A stretch of DNA of 64,000 nt. Origin: Candidatus Marinacidobacterales bacterium (GTDB lineage: Bacteria > Acidobacteriota > Vicinamibacteria > Marinacidobacterales > SMYC01). The position numbers and the translations under genes are program-made. The notes under the pieces were generated by a model that saw only the letters and a program-made list of their open reading frames with translations, made no database searches and had not been told where the DNA came from. Of the stretch, positions 1 to 9,957 are shown in pieces. Position 1 is the first letter of the stretch, and every line of letters starts with the position of its first letter. The stretch is from contig CBDCYI010000009.1 in assembly GCA_965224085.1 (NCBI GenBank), positions 268,057-332,056 on the forward strand. Direction: 5' to 3'.

Positions 1-4
1 TGGC

Positions 5-742
5 TTGGTCCCCGTGACGCCGGAAAATCTCGTCGAAGTGATGCGTCTGTTCGAAGTCGTGCTCGACGAGGTTACGGACGGTTTTCATGAGCAGCTCGCG
101 CCCGCCATCGAGCGCATCTGGCAGGACGAGCTCGAGCGAATCCGCATCGACTTGCGCGGATGGATTCGCCGCGAAGCCGAGAAGACCGACGGCTTCGTCC
201 CCTACCGGCGAGAATACACATTCGGCATGCGGCCGCGTGGGCCGGCGGATCCCTCGAGCACCCTCGACGTCGCGAAGCTCGAAGGCGGGTTGAGGCTTTG
301 CGGTGCTATCGACCTCGTCGAAAAACGCGCGGACGGCAAAGTGCGGGTGACCGACCATAAGAGCGGGAAGGTGTGGATGCCGGAAAGCGCCATCCTGAAC
401 GGCGGTGAGAGCCTCCAGCCGGTTCTCTACACACTCGCCTATGAGGCGTTGACCGGCGAACAAGTCGAATCGTCGCGCCTGTACTACTGCACGGAGCGCG
501 GCGGCTATGCCCAGCGCGTAGTGCACGTCGACGACAAAGCGCTCGAGGTAGTCGCCGAGTTTCAAAGACGCCTCGACGACATCATCGACGAAGGTTTCTT
601 CCCCGCCTCTCCCCAGGCCAAGTTCGGGTGCCGCTTTTGCGACTACCTCCCCGTTTGCGGACCGAGGATGGAGGTCGACGCCAAACGCAAACAAGCGGAC
701 CCTCGTCTTTCGCCTCTCAACTGGCTGCGGAATCTCACATGA
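5..742 (+). CDS. PD-(D/E)XK nuclease domain protein, 5'-truncated by the window edge (AddB/RecB-family C-terminal nuclease with Cys cluster)
   Basis: Open from window start. Nuclease motif GAIDLVEKRADGKVRVTDHKSGK (D...E.K) and C-terminal CRFCDYLPVCG cysteine cluster typical of AddB/Cas4-like Fe-S nucleases. Stop TGA 740-742 overlaps the ATG of the downstream helicase (ATGA). Confidence 0.6.
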   Translation: MVPVTPENLVEVMRLFEVVLDEVTDGFHEQLAPAIERIWQDELERIRIDLRGWIRREAEKTDGFVPYRREYTFGMRPRGPADPSSTLDVAKLEGGLRLCGAIDLVEKRADGKVRVTDHKSGKVWMPESAILNGGESLQPVLYTLAYEALTGEQVESSRLYYCTERGGYAQRVVHVDDKALEVVAEFQRRLDDIIDEGFFPASPQAKFGCRFCDYLPVCGPRMEVDAKRKQADPRLSPLNWLRNLT

Positions 743-3700
743 GCGAGCCACTCGCCGACCAGGCCGCGCGCGACGCCATCCAGAATGATCTCGACACGAC
801 TCTCGTGGTGGAGGCCGCGGCAGGAACGGGTAAAACAACAGCACTCGTCGGACGGATCATCGAGATTATCAAAACGGGGCGCGGCGAGCTTCCGAGGCTC
901 GTGGCCGTTACCTTTACGGAAAAGGCGGCGGGTGAGCTCAAGCTCCGTCTGCGCGGCGAGCTCGAGACCGCTCGCTCGCTCGCGGTCGACCCCGCGATAA
1001 AAGACGCTCGCGATATTTTGGCGCGGCTCGACCGTGGTCTCCTCCAGCTCGAGCAAGCCCATATCGGAACCATCCACGGCTTCTGCGCGGATTTGTTGAA
1101 GGAGCGCCCGCTACAGGCGAAGGTAGACCCACTGTTCGAAGTCTCGACAGAAGATGAGACCGAGCGCATTTACCGCCGCGTCTTCGATCGCTGGCTCGAA
1201 GAGAAGCTCGCCGATCCTCCGTCGGGTGTACGGCGGCAGCTGCGAAAGCGTCCTTTTCGGGACCAGGGCCCCATCGACGATCTTTATCGTGCCGGACGCT
1301 CGCTCGTCGATATCCGGGACTTCCCGACGCCTTGGGAAATTCGCTCTTTCGATCGCGAGGGCATGATCGATGACCTCCTCGAGCGCGCACGACACCTCGC
1401 GGAGATGGCGGAGAATCCTCATAGCCAGCGCGACTACCTTTTCATGGATCTCGCAGGCTTACAGAGCTTCCTACAGGAACTACGCGGTCAGGAACAAGTC
1501 AGCGGCAAGCGCGACTACGACGCGCTCGAGCATCGCCTGCCGGCACTCAAGCTCGGGCGGCGAAAAGGTCGCGGCGCGTTTGGCGGAAGTGGCGTTCGCG
1601 AGCAGATTCTCTCGGAGCGCGAGACGCTCGTGGACGCCATGGCAGATTTCAAGAAGCAGGTCGCGGCCGACCGCGCCGCACATCTACAAAACGAGCTTCA
1701 AGAAGTGGTGACGGGCTATCAGGACACGAAGAACAAGGCGGGCCGTCTCGATTTTCTCGACTTACTGATCCAAGCGCGCGACATGCTGCGCAATCATCTC
1801 GAGCTCCGAAAAGAGCTCCAGGACCGCTTCACCCATATCTTCGTCGACGAGTTCCAGGACACCGATCCGCTCCAAGCCGAAATTCTTCTCTTGCTCGCCT
1901 CGAGTGAGCCCGGCGAGGATCAGTGGCGGAAAGTGCGGCCGGTTCCCGGGAAGCTCTTCATCGTCGCCGATCCGAAGCAGTCCATCTATCGTTTTCGCCG
2001 CGCCGATGTATCGCTCTATCAAACCGTAAAGCGCCAGCTCGTCTCCGCGGGTGCGAAGCCGCAATATCTCAGTGTGAGCTTTCGTTCGGTGCCTGAAATC
2101 CAAGAGATGGTCAACAGTGCCATGGCGGAGGCGATGAAGCGCACCGAGCACAACCATCAAGCCGAGTACGTGCGCCTCGAGCCTCACCGGCCGGGGATCG
2201 TCGGTCAACCGGCGGTCGTGGCGCTTCCCCTCGCACGGCCTTACGGCGATTGGGGCTATTTGACTCAATATGCGATGGCGCGCTCCGAGCCCAACGCGGT
2301 CGCCGCCTGGGTACGCTGGCTCGTCGAGGAAAGCGGTTGGTTAGTGACCTCACGCACGAGCACAGAGCCGAGACCCGTCACGGCGTCGGACGTTTGCTTG
2401 CTCTTCCGTCGCTTCGTCAGCGGCGGGCGCTCGATTACGCAGCCCTACATCGAACAGCTACAAGGCCTCGACGTGCCACACGTGCTGATTGGAGGACGCG
2501 GCTTCCATCAACGCGAGGAGATCGAAGCCATGCGCGTCGCCCTCACAGCGATCGAACGGCCCGATGACGAGCTCTCGGTGTTCTCCACGCTGCGAGGGCC
2601 GCTATTCAGCCTTTCAGACGACGACCTCTTCCTGTTTCGCACCGCGCACGGTCCGCTCCATCCTTTTCGCCAGACGGAAGCAGCCTCGGAGGATGTGCAG
2701 AAAGCACTCGACGTACTCGCTCACTTGCATCGCGGCCGGAACTTCCGCCCCGTAGCACTCACCATCCGCGAGCTTCTAGATGAAACGCGCGCTCAAGCGG
2801 GCTTCGCGCTCTGGCAAGCGGGTGATCAAGTTCTCGCCAATGTGCTTCGCCTCATGCAGCTCGCGCGCAACTTCGAGGAGAGCGGCGGGCTTTCGTTTCG
2901 CGGCTTCGTCGAGCACTTGGATGGGCTCGCGGAAAAAGGCGACCCCAACGAGCAGCCGCTCATCGAAGACGGGGTCGAGGGCGTGCGCCTCATGACGGTG
3001 CACAAAGCCAAAGGCCTCGAGTTCCCCGTTATCGTGCTTTGCGACATCACGTGCAATTTTTCCATGGGCGCATCGCGTCATGTCGACCCGGAACGCAAGA
3101 TCTTTGCGGTGAGGCTCGCCGGCGGGTCGCCGTGGGAGCTTCTCGACAACGAGCAAGCCGAAGGCGAGCGCGACGGCGCGGAGAGCTTGAGGCTGCTCTA
3201 CGTGGCGGCGACGCGCGCAAGGGACGTGCTCGTCACGCCGGTCGTGGCGGATCGTGCCCAAGAGAGCGGCTGGGTGGGACCGCTTCTCCCCACGCTCCAC
3301 CCTACGCTCAAAACGCAGCGCTTCCCCGTCGTCCCTTCGGGCTGCCCTCGTTTCACAGGTGAGGAGTGCGTTGTCGAGCGGGGTGATCGTGCCGACGTGA
3401 TGCCCGGAGAAGGCGTCCGTCCGGGGCTTCACAAGCCGCAACGCGGCCTCCACCGCGTCGTATGGTGGGATCCGCATCATCTCGAGCGCGAGACCGCGAC
3501 AAAGCCCGGGCTTCGGCGCTATTGGATTCTAAAAGGCCAGGAATCGGACGGCCCGACGAAGGGCGCACGCGAGCACGAGAGCTGGTCCATCCATCGGGAA
3601 AGCCTCCTCGCGAATGGCGCGGTGAAAAGCCACCGCGTCACGAGCGTCACCCGTCTCGTCGACGAAGACGAGGCCGTGGTCGTTGGTGCGGCCCGCGTCG

Positions 3701-4179
3701 AGATTGCCGAGGTGCCCGGACGTGACCCGCAACGCCCCTCCGGAAAACGTTTCGGCTCGCTCGTGCATGAGCTTCTCGCCCGGACGGCTCTTGCGGAGCC
3801 GAGTGAGCCAAGTAATATCGAGCCGCTTGGAAGAAGCCTTGCCCGCATGTTCGGAGCTACGGAGACGGAGACCCGGGCGGCTATCGAAGCCGTGACCCGG
3901 GCGCTCGCGCATCCGATAATGGTGACGGCGCGCGACGCCGCCGAGTGCTACCGAGAGACCCCGCTTCTCGAGCGCACCGCGGATGGGCGCCTCATCGAAG
4001 GCATCGCCGATCTCGTCTTCCGCGCCCACCCCGACACCGCGTGGACGATCGTGGATTTCAAGACCGATCTCCGGGTCGACATATCCGAAGAGGCGCATCG
4101 CCGCCAAGTCGCGCTCTATCAGCGCGCCCTCGAAGCCGCTACTAACAGGCCCAACAAAGGCGTCCTCTTATATCTATAA
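739..4179 (+). CDS. UvrD/Rep-family helicase with C-terminal PD-(D/E)XK nuclease (AddA/RecB-like helicase-nuclease subunit)
   Basis: Start ATG 739 (MSEPLADQAARD...). Walker A AAAGTGKTT, motif Ia FTEKAAGEL, motif II VDEFQDTDP, and C-terminal nuclease motif IEGIADLVF...IVDFKTD. 1147 aa. Paired with the upstream nuclease-only subunit as in AddAB/AdnAB. Confidence 0.8.
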   Translation: MSEPLADQAARDAIQNDLDTTLVVEAAAGTGKTTALVGRIIEIIKTGRGELPRLVAVTFTEKAAGELKLRLRGELETARSLAVDPAIKDARDILARLDRGLLQLEQAHIGTIHGFCADLLKERPLQAKVDPLFEVSTEDETERIYRRVFDRWLEEKLADPPSGVRRQLRKRPFRDQGPIDDLYRAGRSLVDIRDFPTPWEIRSFDREGMIDDLLERARHLAEMAENPHSQRDYLFMDLAGLQSFLQELRGQEQVSGKRDYDALEHRLPALKLGRRKGRGAFGGSGVREQILSERETLVDAMADFKKQVAADRAAHLQNELQEVVTGYQDTKNKAGRLDFLDLLIQARDMLRNHLELRKELQDRFTHIFVDEFQDTDPLQAEILLLLASSEPGEDQWRKVRPVPGKLFIVADPKQSIYRFRRADVSLYQTVKRQLVSAGAKPQYLSVSFRSVPEIQEMVNSAMAEAMKRTEHNHQAEYVRLEPHRPGIVGQPAVVALPLARPYGDWGYLTQYAMARSEPNAVAAWVRWLVEESGWLVTSRTSTEPRPVTASDVCLLFRRFVSGGRSITQPYIEQLQGLDVPHVLIGGRGFHQREEIEAMRVALTAIERPDDELSVFSTLRGPLFSLSDDDLFLFRTAHGPLHPFRQTEAASEDVQKALDVLAHLHRGRNFRPVALTIRELLDETRAQAGFALWQAGDQVLANVLRLMQLARNFEESGGLSFRGFVEHLDGLAEKGDPNEQPLIEDGVEGVRLMTVHKAKGLEFPVIVLCDITCNFSMGASRHVDPERKIFAVRLAGGSPWELLDNEQAEGERDGAESLRLLYVAATRARDVLVTPVVADRAQESGWVGPLLPTLHPTLKTQRFPVVPSGCPRFTGEECVVERGDRADVMPGEGVRPGLHKPQRGLHRVVWWDPHHLERETATKPGLRRYWILKGQESDGPTKGAREHESWSIHRESLLANGAVKSHRVTSVTRLVDEDEAVVVGAARVEIAEVPGRDPQRPSGKRFGSLVHELLARTALAEPSEPSNIEPLGRSLARMFGATETETRAAIEAVTRALAHPIMVTARDAAECYRETPLLERTADGRLIEGIADLVFRAHPDTAWTIVDFKTDLRVDISEEAHRRQVALYQRALEAATNRPNKGVLLYL

Positions 4180-4236
4180 AAAAGTGGCGGCTTGGTGTGC
4201 TGGCTGCGTATCCCATGGCAGAGGGAACGCACGCAG

Positions 4237-5169
4237 ATGGCACGGATTACATTGAACCCCGGCGACAACCTGGGCAACTATCACATTCGAGCTCTTCTCG
4301 GGGTCGGCGCGATGGCGGAAGTCCACTTGGCCACGGACCGTCGTAGCGGGCGGAGTGTCGCCCTGAAGATCCTTCGGCGCGGATTCATACGCAACAAGAA
4401 CTTGCTGAAGCGTTTCAGCCGCGAGGCGCGCACGCTTGCGGCGACGAAGCATCCGAACATCGTAGCTATCCACGAAGTAGGTCAAAGTACAGGCATCCCG
4501 TACATCGCGATGGAGTACGTGCCCGGTGGGACGCTGAGAGAGCTCGTTGACGACGGCCCGATAGACCTTCACACCGTGATCGCTTTCGCCCGGCAGATCG
4601 CTGCAGGCCTCGCAGAAGCACACAAGAAAGGCGTCGTGCATCGAGATCTGAAGCCCGAGAACATCATGGTCACAGCCGACGGACAGGTGAAGATTCTCGA
4701 TTTCGGCCTCTCGAAGCCGCTCGGGGCGAATAAAACCAGCAAGGCTGAGAGTGCCGAGACGAGCGAGGAGCTCACCCTGCCCGGCACTATTCTGGGAACG
4801 CTCGAATACATGTCGCCCGAGCAAGCAAGTGGCTACCGCGTCGAGTACCGCACCGACCAGTTCGCTTTTGGAGCGATCCTTTACGAATTGCTGACCGGCA
4901 CGTCGGCGTTCAAGCGCGATACGGCGTTGCGCACGCTAGCCGCCATCATCGAAGGCGCTCCCGCGCCGCTCTGTACGCACCTTCCCGGTTCCCTCCGCGC
5001 TCTCATCGCTCGCTGCATCGAAAAGGTACCCGAAGCGCGCTACGCTTCCATGGAAGCCCTTGGGGACGAACTCGGAGGAATAGAGCTCGATGACGATAGC
5101 TCGGGGAACGGGTGGCTCGCCGTGGGCGCGACGGTGCTCGCCGCGCTCGCCGCTGGCGTCCTTATCTAA
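4237..5169 (+). CDS. Serine/threonine protein kinase, C-terminal membrane anchor
   Basis: Hanks kinase motifs: VALK (Lys), [25 protein letters not shown]. Hydrophobic C-terminal helix [18 protein letters not shown]. Start chosen at MARITLNPG (internal Met of ORF 4192). Confidence 0.85.
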   Translation: MARITLNPGDNLGNYHIRALLGVGAMAEVHLATDRRSGRSVALKILRRGFIRNKNLLKRFSREARTLAATKHPNIVAIHEVGQSTGIPYIAMEYVPGGTLRELVDDGPIDLHTVIAFARQIAAGLAEAHKKGVVHRDLKPENIMVTADGQVKILDFGLSKPLGANKTSKAESAETSEELTLPGTILGTLEYMSPEQASGYRVEYRTDQFAFGAILYELLTGTSAFKRDTALRTLAAIIEGAPAPLCTHLPGSLRALIARCIEKVPEARYASMEALGDELGGIELDDDSSGNGWLAVGATVLAALAAGVLI

Positions 5170-5219
5170 AGGCCCGCTCCTGGCACTAGATTTGAGTCAA
5201 ATCCCGGCGAATGGGAGTC

Positions 5220-6818
5220 TTATCGTTCTTCGCCCGACAAAACGGGCTCGCGATCTTGAACCGGTGCCGGCGGAACCGGTACCTCAACTGGCACCGGCGG
5301 CTTAGGCGTGGGTTTCCTTCTCATGCTCATCAGCAGGCCCTCGACGACCAGTCCGACGATCGTTCGCGAGTGCTGCAGGAGCAGCACAACCCAGTCTCGC
5401 TTGCGCACCTGAGGGAAGAAGATGCCCCGAAACGCTAGCGCAGAGCCAAACATGGTCGCCCGTTCGCTAAACGGCCGATGCGCGATCTTCCGGAGCGCCC
5501 CGCTAATGGCTGAGCGGGAGTAAGACCTTGCCCAGGCACTACGCACCTCCGCCTCCGACTCGTCGACAGTGATGCTCTTTGGCGTAAACGCCATCCTGAA
5601 CGGACGGAAATCGAGCCAGTGCGTCGGGCGCGTCAGACGCCCTTCTTTTGCCAGCCGATCGTAGAGCGGCGTCGCCGGATACGGCGTCAACAGTCCGTAC
5701 ACCGGCAGACCCGGCGGCCAGGATTCAATTTGATCCAGGGTGCGTGAGGCTACGCCGGGAGTGTCACCGTCCATCCCAAAGATGAAGGAGGTGATGGCGT
5801 ACAGCCCGCGATCCGCCAACCGGTGCAGGATGCCTTCGTATTCCGCTGGTTTGTTGAACCCCTTGTTGACCGCTTTCAAGTTGACCGGGTCGATGGATTC
5901 CATTCCGATAAAGATCCACCGGCCGCCACTGGCGGAGATCAAGTCTAATAGCTTTTGATCGCGTAGGAGGTTGATGCTGATCTGCGCGACCCACGGCACG
6001 ATAGCGTCACGCGCGATGATCGCCCGCAGCAGCGACTTGGTGCGCTTGACGTTGATGGCGAAGTTATCGTCGATGAAGAACACCGCGATGTTGCCGCCCT
6101 CTCGCTTCCCCCGTTCCTTAATGAGCAAGAGCTCTTCGACGACGCTGTCATTCGTACGGAAGCGGATCGAGTCGCCAAAGAACCCGGTCACGGTACAGAA
6201 GTCACAACCGTAGGGGCAGCCCCGGCCGGATTCGATCGGCACGACATACAGGGATTTCCACCAACCCAGTTTCTTCAGCATCGGGTGCAGGGCCGACGGA
6301 ATCAGGTTGAACTGCTCCAAATCCAATGTGTCCCAGGGGATTCTTGGATACTCGGCTAGATCCGGCTTGATTTCAGTGCCCGAGGCATCGACGGGCTCGT
6401 AGCGTTGCTTCAGTTGTCCCCGCGCCGCATCTTCCACTATGCGGGGCCAGGTCTGATCGGCTTCACCCAGTGCGACGGCATCCGCGTGCCGGGGCTCATC
6501 GGTCCGTCCGAGAGGCTCGTCGGGCACTTCGGTGACGTGGGGGCCGCCAAAGACCACCTTGGCGCCTGCGCCGCGCATGGCGTCCGCGGCCCGGTATGCG
6601 CGGGCGGCCATGCGTGTCATCGCGCCGATCCCCACGAGCTTGATAGCGTTCTCTTTGACGAACGAGGCCAGGTCCGACTCCGACATCGGCCGCGCGTTAG
6701 CGTCGATGAGGAAGACGCGGTGCCCCGGTGGGGTTAAAGACTTCAGTAGAAACATCCAGAGATGCGGCATGAAGTTGCGCGTGACCCCGTTATCGGGGTT
6801 GTACAGCAATATATTCAT
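5220..6818 (-). CDS. B12-binding domain radical SAM protein
   Basis: N-terminal cobalamin-binding-like domain followed by radical SAM CxxxCxxC motif (GCPYGCDFCTV); Pro-rich C-terminal tail. 532 aa. Confidence 0.8.
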   Translation of the reverse strand: MNILLYNPDNGVTRNFMPHLWMFLLKSLTPPGHRVFLIDANARPMSESDLASFVKENAIKLVGIGAMTRMAARAYRAADAMRGAGAKVVFGGPHVTEVPDEPLGRTDEPRHADAVALGEADQTWPRIVEDAARGQLKQRYEPVDASGTEIKPDLAEYPRIPWDTLDLEQFNLIPSALHPMLKKLGWWKSLYVVPIESGRGCPYGCDFCTVTGFFGDSIRFRTNDSVVEELLLIKERGKREGGNIAVFFIDDNFAINVKRTKSLLRAIIARDAIVPWVAQISINLLRDQKLLDLISASGGRWIFIGMESIDPVNLKAVNKGFNKPAEYEGILHRLADRGLYAITSFIFGMDGDTPGVASRTLDQIESWPPGLPVYGLLTPYPATPLYDRLAKEGRLTRPTHWLDFRPFRMAFTPKSITVDESEAEVRSAWARSYSRSAISGALRKIAHRPFSERATMFGSALAFRGIFFPQVRKRDWVVLLLQHSRTIVGLVVEGLLMSMRRKPTPKPPVPVEVPVPPAPVQDREPVLSGEER

Positions 6819-6953
6819 AGAGGCTTTTAGGAGATCTCAGTGCTGGTTGAAGTTGTCCCGCGGATTACGGGGTCTGTCGGGCAACGACTAGGTGCATGTT
6901 TACTGCCGGAGTTTACGACTGCGTGGTCGGAAAGTAAAGCGAGTAAGCGACTT

Positions 6954-7205
6954 TCAACAGCGCACCCTATGGAGGCGTGAAACGGCCATCGGCGGCTGCC
7001 CACCACGTTCGGTGATGCGCTCGGAAACAGACTTCAACCCCTCCTCATTGACGTCGAGGGCCACGACGCGCGCCCCTTGCTCCGCGGCCGCTAGCGCTAC
7101 CGCTTCTCCAATCCCGGACCCCGCACCGATGATGGCAACGACCTGGTCATGCAAGCGAAACATTTTGACTCTTTTTCCTGACTGCAAATACGCTGACGAA
7201 GGCAA
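6954..7205 (-). pseudogene. Short-chain dehydrogenase/reductase (SDR) N-terminal remnant, 83 aa
   Basis: Rossmann dinucleotide motif VVAIIGAGSGIGEAVALAAAEQGARVVALDVNEE, then the frame terminates after about 60 residues of SDR homology; catalytic YxxxK region absent. Overlaps the 3' end of the symporter gene. Confidence 0.4.
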
Positions 7206-8541
7206 TACCGCTCACGAGAAGGCCGATGAGCGGTGGGTTCCAGATACCAAAGCCCCGGCCGACAGTCATCACGTCGACGACGATCAAGACTGGAATGCCG
7301 ATCCCGACGGCCGCAAAAGCCTCGGGAGCTCCGGCTCGGCGTGTGTAGAGCGCGGCGATAACGGGAACGAAGAACAGCACGCTCAGAAACGAATAGAACA
7401 CGGTGAGCGCCCCAATGATGGTCTCGAACGCGATGGCGAGCGCGACGCCGAGGAGACCGCCGACGAGCGCCGCGCCGCGCGCGACCCGCAGCACATCAGC
7501 ATCGGAAGCGTCAGGCCGCACGAAGCGCTGATAGAGATCGCGCGAGAGTGACGTCGCGAGCATGAAGAGGACCGCGTCCGCCGAGCTCACTTCCGCCGAG
7601 AAGATGGCCGCGAGCCCGAGACAGCCGAGCGCTATGGGAATCTCGCGAGCGAGCAAGGTCGGGAGCGCTAATGCCTGCGTCGAAAGCACGGGAAAGTGAA
7701 CGCGCGCAACCATTCCGAGGAGCACCGGCAGGAAGGCAAAGACCATCAAAGCCAGGCCGGCTGCGCCGACCGCAATACGCACGGTCCGTTCATCCCGCGC
7801 GCCATAGACTTTCTGCACGAGCCCGGGGGAGATAATGAAGGCGGGAACGAGAAGCGCCATGTAGTAGAGCGCGGGGCCGCCACCTTGCCAAATATCCGTA
7901 GAGCCAGCCTCGACGGACAAGCCACCGAAGCCTCCCACCGAGTCGAGCGCCGCCGGCACGATCCAAACGAAGCCCGCGGTGAGCACAACCAGCTGCACGA
8001 GGTTCACCCATGCGGACGACAAGAGGCCGCCCGCGGCGAAGTAAGCGGAGACGACGACACCTCCAATGAGACAGCCGTAAATCTTCGGGATGCCGGCCAC
8101 GCTCTGGAGCACGATAGCCACCGCAATGAGCTGCGCCGCGAGCACGAAGAGGGTCGTTACCCAGAGAAGTGCTGCGACGACACCGCGGACCGCCCCCCCG
8201 TAGCGGAGCTCGAGAAGATCCCCAACCGTCTGAAGGTCGTGCTCTTTCGCGAGTCGCCACACCCGCGGGCCCGCCCAAAACGCGAGCAAGAGGGTTCCGA
8301 TCCCTGCGGAGCCCACCCACCACCAGGCAACGAGGCCACGTGCATAACCGATCCCCGCGGCTCCCATCGTCGAGCCCGCCCCGATATTGGCCGCGAGGAG
8401 CGTCGCAAAAAGGAGCAAAGGGCCGAGATTCCGGCCCGCGACGAAGAAGGTATCGGTGCTCTTGACACCGCGGCCCACAAAAAGACCGATGACGATGAGT
8501 AGAGCCGAATAACCGAGGATGGCGAGGAGGTAAGGATTCAA
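7147..8541 (-). CDS. Sodium:solute symporter (SSS) family transporter
   Basis: About 13 predicted TM helices; N-terminal SSS signature FFVAGRNLGPLLLFATLLAANIGAGSTMGAAGIGY. Start overlaps the stop of the upstream peptidase gene by 4 nt (operon). Confidence 0.75.
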   Translation of the reverse strand: MNPYLLAILGYSALLIVIGLFVGRGVKSTDTFFVAGRNLGPLLLFATLLAANIGAGSTMGAAGIGYARGLVAWWWVGSAGIGTLLLAFWAGPRVWRLAKEHDLQTVGDLLELRYGGAVRGVVAALLWVTTLFVLAAQLIAVAIVLQSVAGIPKIYGCLIGGVVVSAYFAAGGLLSSAWVNLVQLVVLTAGFVWIVPAALDSVGGFGGLSVEAGSTDIWQGGGPALYYMALLVPAFIISPGLVQKVYGARDERTVRIAVGAAGLALMVFAFLPVLLGMVARVHFPVLSTQALALPTLLAREIPIALGCLGLAAIFSAEVSSADAVLFMLATSLSRDLYQRFVRPDASDADVLRVARGAALVGGLLGVALAIAFETIIGALTVFYSFLSVLFFVPVIAALYTRRAGAPEAFAAVGIGIPVLIVVDVMTVGRGFGIWNPPLIGLLVSGIAFVSVFAVRKKSQNVSLA

Positions 8542-9557
8542 CGAAGCTCCGCGGCCGCGGGAAACCGTGCGATACTCTCCGCGTGGCGCACGGCGCTCAA
8601 GATCGCGTCCGACGTCGCTTCGGCGGCGAGCGCCCCGATCATCGATGCGCTCACGTCGCCCGACCAGCCACCGAGCGCGAGCGCGAAGATCGTATCGCCG
8701 TCCGAAAGCGTATGGGCCGGGTAGATCGCGCGCGCCAACCCATCATGCGCCATTTGCGCGACTTTGTTCGCCTGGGTTTTCGTCAACGACGCGTTCGTGG
8801 CGACGATTCCTATCGTCGTGTTCCGACCGACGCGCGTTCGGATGAGAGCTCCGGAGCGCAGGAGCTTGCGCGCATCGGCGAGCGCTGTTCCGTCTTCGGA
8901 TCGCACGCCCGCCACGACCTCGCCGGTTGCGGGGTCGATCACGTCGCCCACGGCGTTGACCGCCATGAGCGCTGCGACGATCAAGCCGTTCGGGAGCTCG
9001 ATCGCAGCGGTACCAATCCCCGCCTTCATGGCGCGGGATGGCCCCGCGCTCTTGCCGACGGTCGCGCCGGCGCCAGCGCCGACATTCCCCTCGGCGATCT
9101 TCCCTGCCGTAGCCTTCTCAGCCGCCTTGTAGCCACAATCCGCGCCCGGCCGGATGTCGGGCTTGCCGCCCACGCCGAGGTCGAAGAGGATCGCGGCGGG
9201 AACGATCGGCACTTTGGCGATACCCACATCGAAGCCGATATCGCGCTCATCGAGAAAGCGAACGACGCCGGAAGCCGCGTCCAAACCGAAAGCGCTCCCG
9301 CCCGACAAGACGATCGCGTGTACGCGCTCCACGGTGTTGATCGGATCGAGGAGATCCGTCTCGCGCGTTCCTGGCGCCGAGCCGCGCACGTCTACGCTCG
9401 CGACAGCGCCTTTCTCGGTGAGAACGACGGTACACCCCGTCGGACGCTCTTCGAGCGTGTGCTGCCCAACACGGATGCCGTCGATCCGCGTGAGCCCAGA
9501 TCCGCCCTCGCCTTGCGCAGCACCGAGCACGACAAGCAACATGCTTAGCCACATCAC
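8538..9557 (-). CDS. P1/S58-family peptidase (DmpA/L-aminopeptidase D-Ala-esterase/amidase-like), signal peptide
   Basis: DmpA/OAT-fold motifs: GIRVGQHT, GCTVVL, VDVRGSAPGTRETDLL, GIGTAA. N-terminal signal MMWLSMLLVVLGAAQG. Co-oriented and overlapping with the downstream symporter. Confidence 0.65.
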   Translation of the reverse strand: MMWLSMLLVVLGAAQGEGGSGLTRIDGIRVGQHTLEERPTGCTVVLTEKGAVASVDVRGSAPGTRETDLLDPINTVERVHAIVLSGGSAFGLDAASGVVRFLDERDIGFDVGIAKVPIVPAAILFDLGVGGKPDIRPGADCGYKAAEKATAGKIAEGNVGAGAGATVGKSAGPSRAMKAGIGTAAIELPNGLIVAALMAVNAVGDVIDPATGEVVAGVRSEDGTALADARKLLRSGALIRTRVGRNTTIGIVATNASLTKTQANKVAQMAHDGLARAIYPAHTLSDGDTIFALALGGWSGDVSASMIGALAAEATSDAILSAVRHAESIARFPAAAELR

Positions 9558-9670
9558 GTGGCGATTGTCGACGCAGGAGCCCCCGAACGCAAGCTCTACT
9601 TGTAACGTCTAGGAGGACTTGTCCCGCCGAAGCCCGCAGGGCGAAGGAGGATGATATCGTTTCGATATCG

Positions 9671-9946
9671 ATGAAACCCGGCACGGAATCTGACAAGCTA
9701 TTCGCTGAAGTCGAGAATGCGCGCGATGAAATTGTCGACTTCGCGGCCGAGCTCGTCCGCATACCCACCGTCAACCCGCCGTGCGTCGCGGACCACTGCG
9801 AAGCGATCTTCGATCGGCGCTTCTTGCGTGAAGAGGGTTTCGACGACGCCAAGCAGGAGATCGAATCGCTCCTGATGTCCATGGGAAATGGCGGGCGCTA
9901 CGAGCTCGAGGACCTCATGATCGTCGATTTGATCGGGCCCACCTAA
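9671..9946 (+). pseudogene. M20 peptidase (ArgE/DapE-like) N-terminal remnant, 91 aa
   Basis: AELVRIPTVNPP motif typical of M20 deacylases, but the ORF ends after 91 aa, immediately before the antiporter gene; catalytic domains missing. Confidence 0.35.
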
Positions 9947-9957
9947 AGGTTCCTCGC

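Noticed and set aside
7696-8502. 268-aa plus-strand ORF (also 8583-9548, 321 aa) opposite the symporter and peptidase genes
   Set aside because: His/Arg/Glu-rich low-complexity sequences; the minus-strand genes have clear family signatures.
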